From positions 1-52,349 of the forward strand of contig CAWHOE010000008.1 of assembly GCA_963830915.1 (NCBI GenBank): 52,349 nt of DNA, written 5' to 3'. Position numbers and translations under genes: made by a program. Below the pieces are notes generated by a model. The model was not told the origin of the DNA. It worked only from the letters and a program-made list of their open reading frames with translations, and did not search any database. Shown one piece after another: positions 51,322-52,349 of this stretch (within the stretch, counting starts at the first letter, position 1; each line of letters begins with the position of its first letter). The stretch comes from a candidate division FCPU426 bacterium. Lineage in GTDB: Bacteria > Oederibacteriota > Muellerivitia > Muellerivitales > Muellerivitaceae.

Positions 51322-52188
51322 CTATTTCTTCTCGAATTCCAAAGCGGATTCACGCACCTTCAGGTCCGGGTCGTTCTTGCTCAAGTCGGCGATCTTTTTT
51401 CCCAAATCCGGATCGTTCAGGTCTTTCGCGCCCTCGATGGCCGACAACTTGGCCGATTGGATGATCTCATCCGTCGGCTTGCCCGAGGCCTTCAGGTCCA
51501 ACATCTCTTTCAAGGTCGGGATGGCGCTTTTGTCTTTCAGGCGGGCCAGGGCCACGGCCGAGTCATAACGGACGGCCTGGTTGGAACCTTCCAGGTTCTT
51601 TTCCAGCGCGAACTTGGCCGGGGCGTAACGCATGGCGCTCAAGGCCCCCACCGCCATCCTTTGGACGCTCAGGTCCGGGTCGTTCAAGGCGGCCAGCGCG
51701 GCAGGCCCGCCCGCCGGGTCCTCGATGTTACCCAAGGCCCAGAGGCTGTAAACCTTCACATCATTGGACTCGTCCGAGACCGCGTCGGCCAGGGCCGGCA
51801 CCGCCGTCTTCTCCTTGAGCCTTCCCAGGACCAGGGCCAGGTATTCCCTCACCCTGGGATCATCCTTCTTCGCCTCCGCGAAAGTTTCCACCAACTGGGA
51901 ACGGAGCGTTTGGTCCATCTCGATCTTCTCGCCCTGGTTGAGCATGCGGGAAAGCTCGAAGGCGGCCTGCCACCGGCGGCTGGTGCTGTCGCTTTTCAGT
52001 TCTTCCAGGTATTGCTCGGCGCTCTTGGGATGCTGTAGGGAAAGGGTGCCTAATAGGAAGATGCCCAAGGCCACCGCCACGATCACGGCCGGCACGATGA
52101 ATAGTTTCAGGAACAGGGAGAACCCCGTCTCGGCCGCGTATAAGGGCGGCTCGTTATTACCCGCGGGGCTGGTCGGCGCGTCCGTCAT
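51322..52188 (-). CDS. Membrane-anchored HEAT-repeat protein
   Basis: TM helix then repeats such as DPRVREYLALVLGRL, VKVYSLWALG, VRYDSAVALARL. Confidence 0.88.
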   Translation of the reverse strand: MTDAPTSPAGNNEPPLYAAETGFSLFLKLFIVPAVIVAVALGIFLLGTLSLQHPKSAEQYLEELKSDSTSRRWQAAFELSRMLNQGEKIEMDQTLRSQLVETFAEAKKDDPRVREYLALVLGRLKEKTAVPALADAVSDESNDVKVYSLWALGNIEDPAGGPAALAALNDPDLSVQRMAVGALSAMRYAPAKFALEKNLEGSNQAVRYDSAVALARLKDKSAIPTLKEMLDLKASGKPTDEIIQSAKLSAIEGAKDLNDPDLGKKIADLSKNDPDLKVRESALEFEKK

Positions 52189-52198
52189 ATAGAACTCC

Positions 52199-52349
52199 TC
52201 ACTTTTTCTTTTTGAACTGATATTGGTCGTTGATGGTCAGCTCGAACCCTTCCACCTTGGGCGAGATGGGAAAACCCCGATAGATGCCCCGGCAGTCGTA
52301 GCAGATGACGATGTCACCGAGGAGGAAATAAAGCAAGGTGTCCAACAGC
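52199..52349 (-). CDS. 3' end of a hypothetical protein (partial)
   Basis: LLDTLLYFLLGDIVICYDCRGIYRGF...KKKK then stop, upstream of the HEAT gene RBS. Confidence 0.6.
   Translation of the reverse strand, partial: LLDTLLYFLLGDIVICYDCRGIYRGFPISPKVEGFELTINDQYQFKKKK

Overview
GC-rich chromosomal segment of a diderm bacterium. It looks like an unpolished long-read assembly, with about eight isolated frameshifts in otherwise intact genes and a probable chimeric first ~550 bp. The left ~35 kb is mostly core genes on the minus strand: NRAMP transporter with a Fur-like box, S4 protein, three SurA/PpiC chaperones (one fused to an outer-membrane beta-barrel), mfd, rex, a two-component pair, cutA, AAA ATPase, class III cyclase, phosphohexomutase, mannose-1-P guanylyltransferase, mrp/apbC, dsbD, LacI regulator, deacetylase and two tandem amtB-glnK pairs behind a sigma-54 promoter. 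The right ~17 kb is accessory: a nucleotidyltransferase pair, htpX, TPM and ICMT genes, higBA, and an AT-rich island (trypsin-like protease, BamHI-like M/C/R system, GHKL ATPase plus methyltransferase-like pair). The most unusual signals are non-coding: (i) two small gene cassettes each bracketed by a 41-bp duplication of the upstream gene's 3' end, with no integrase in the window; (ii) several families of tiny structured elements that insert into one another up to four levels deep, with empty and filled sites both visible; (iii) ~21-bp-phased arrays, including 18 copies of GTTTACTGG.
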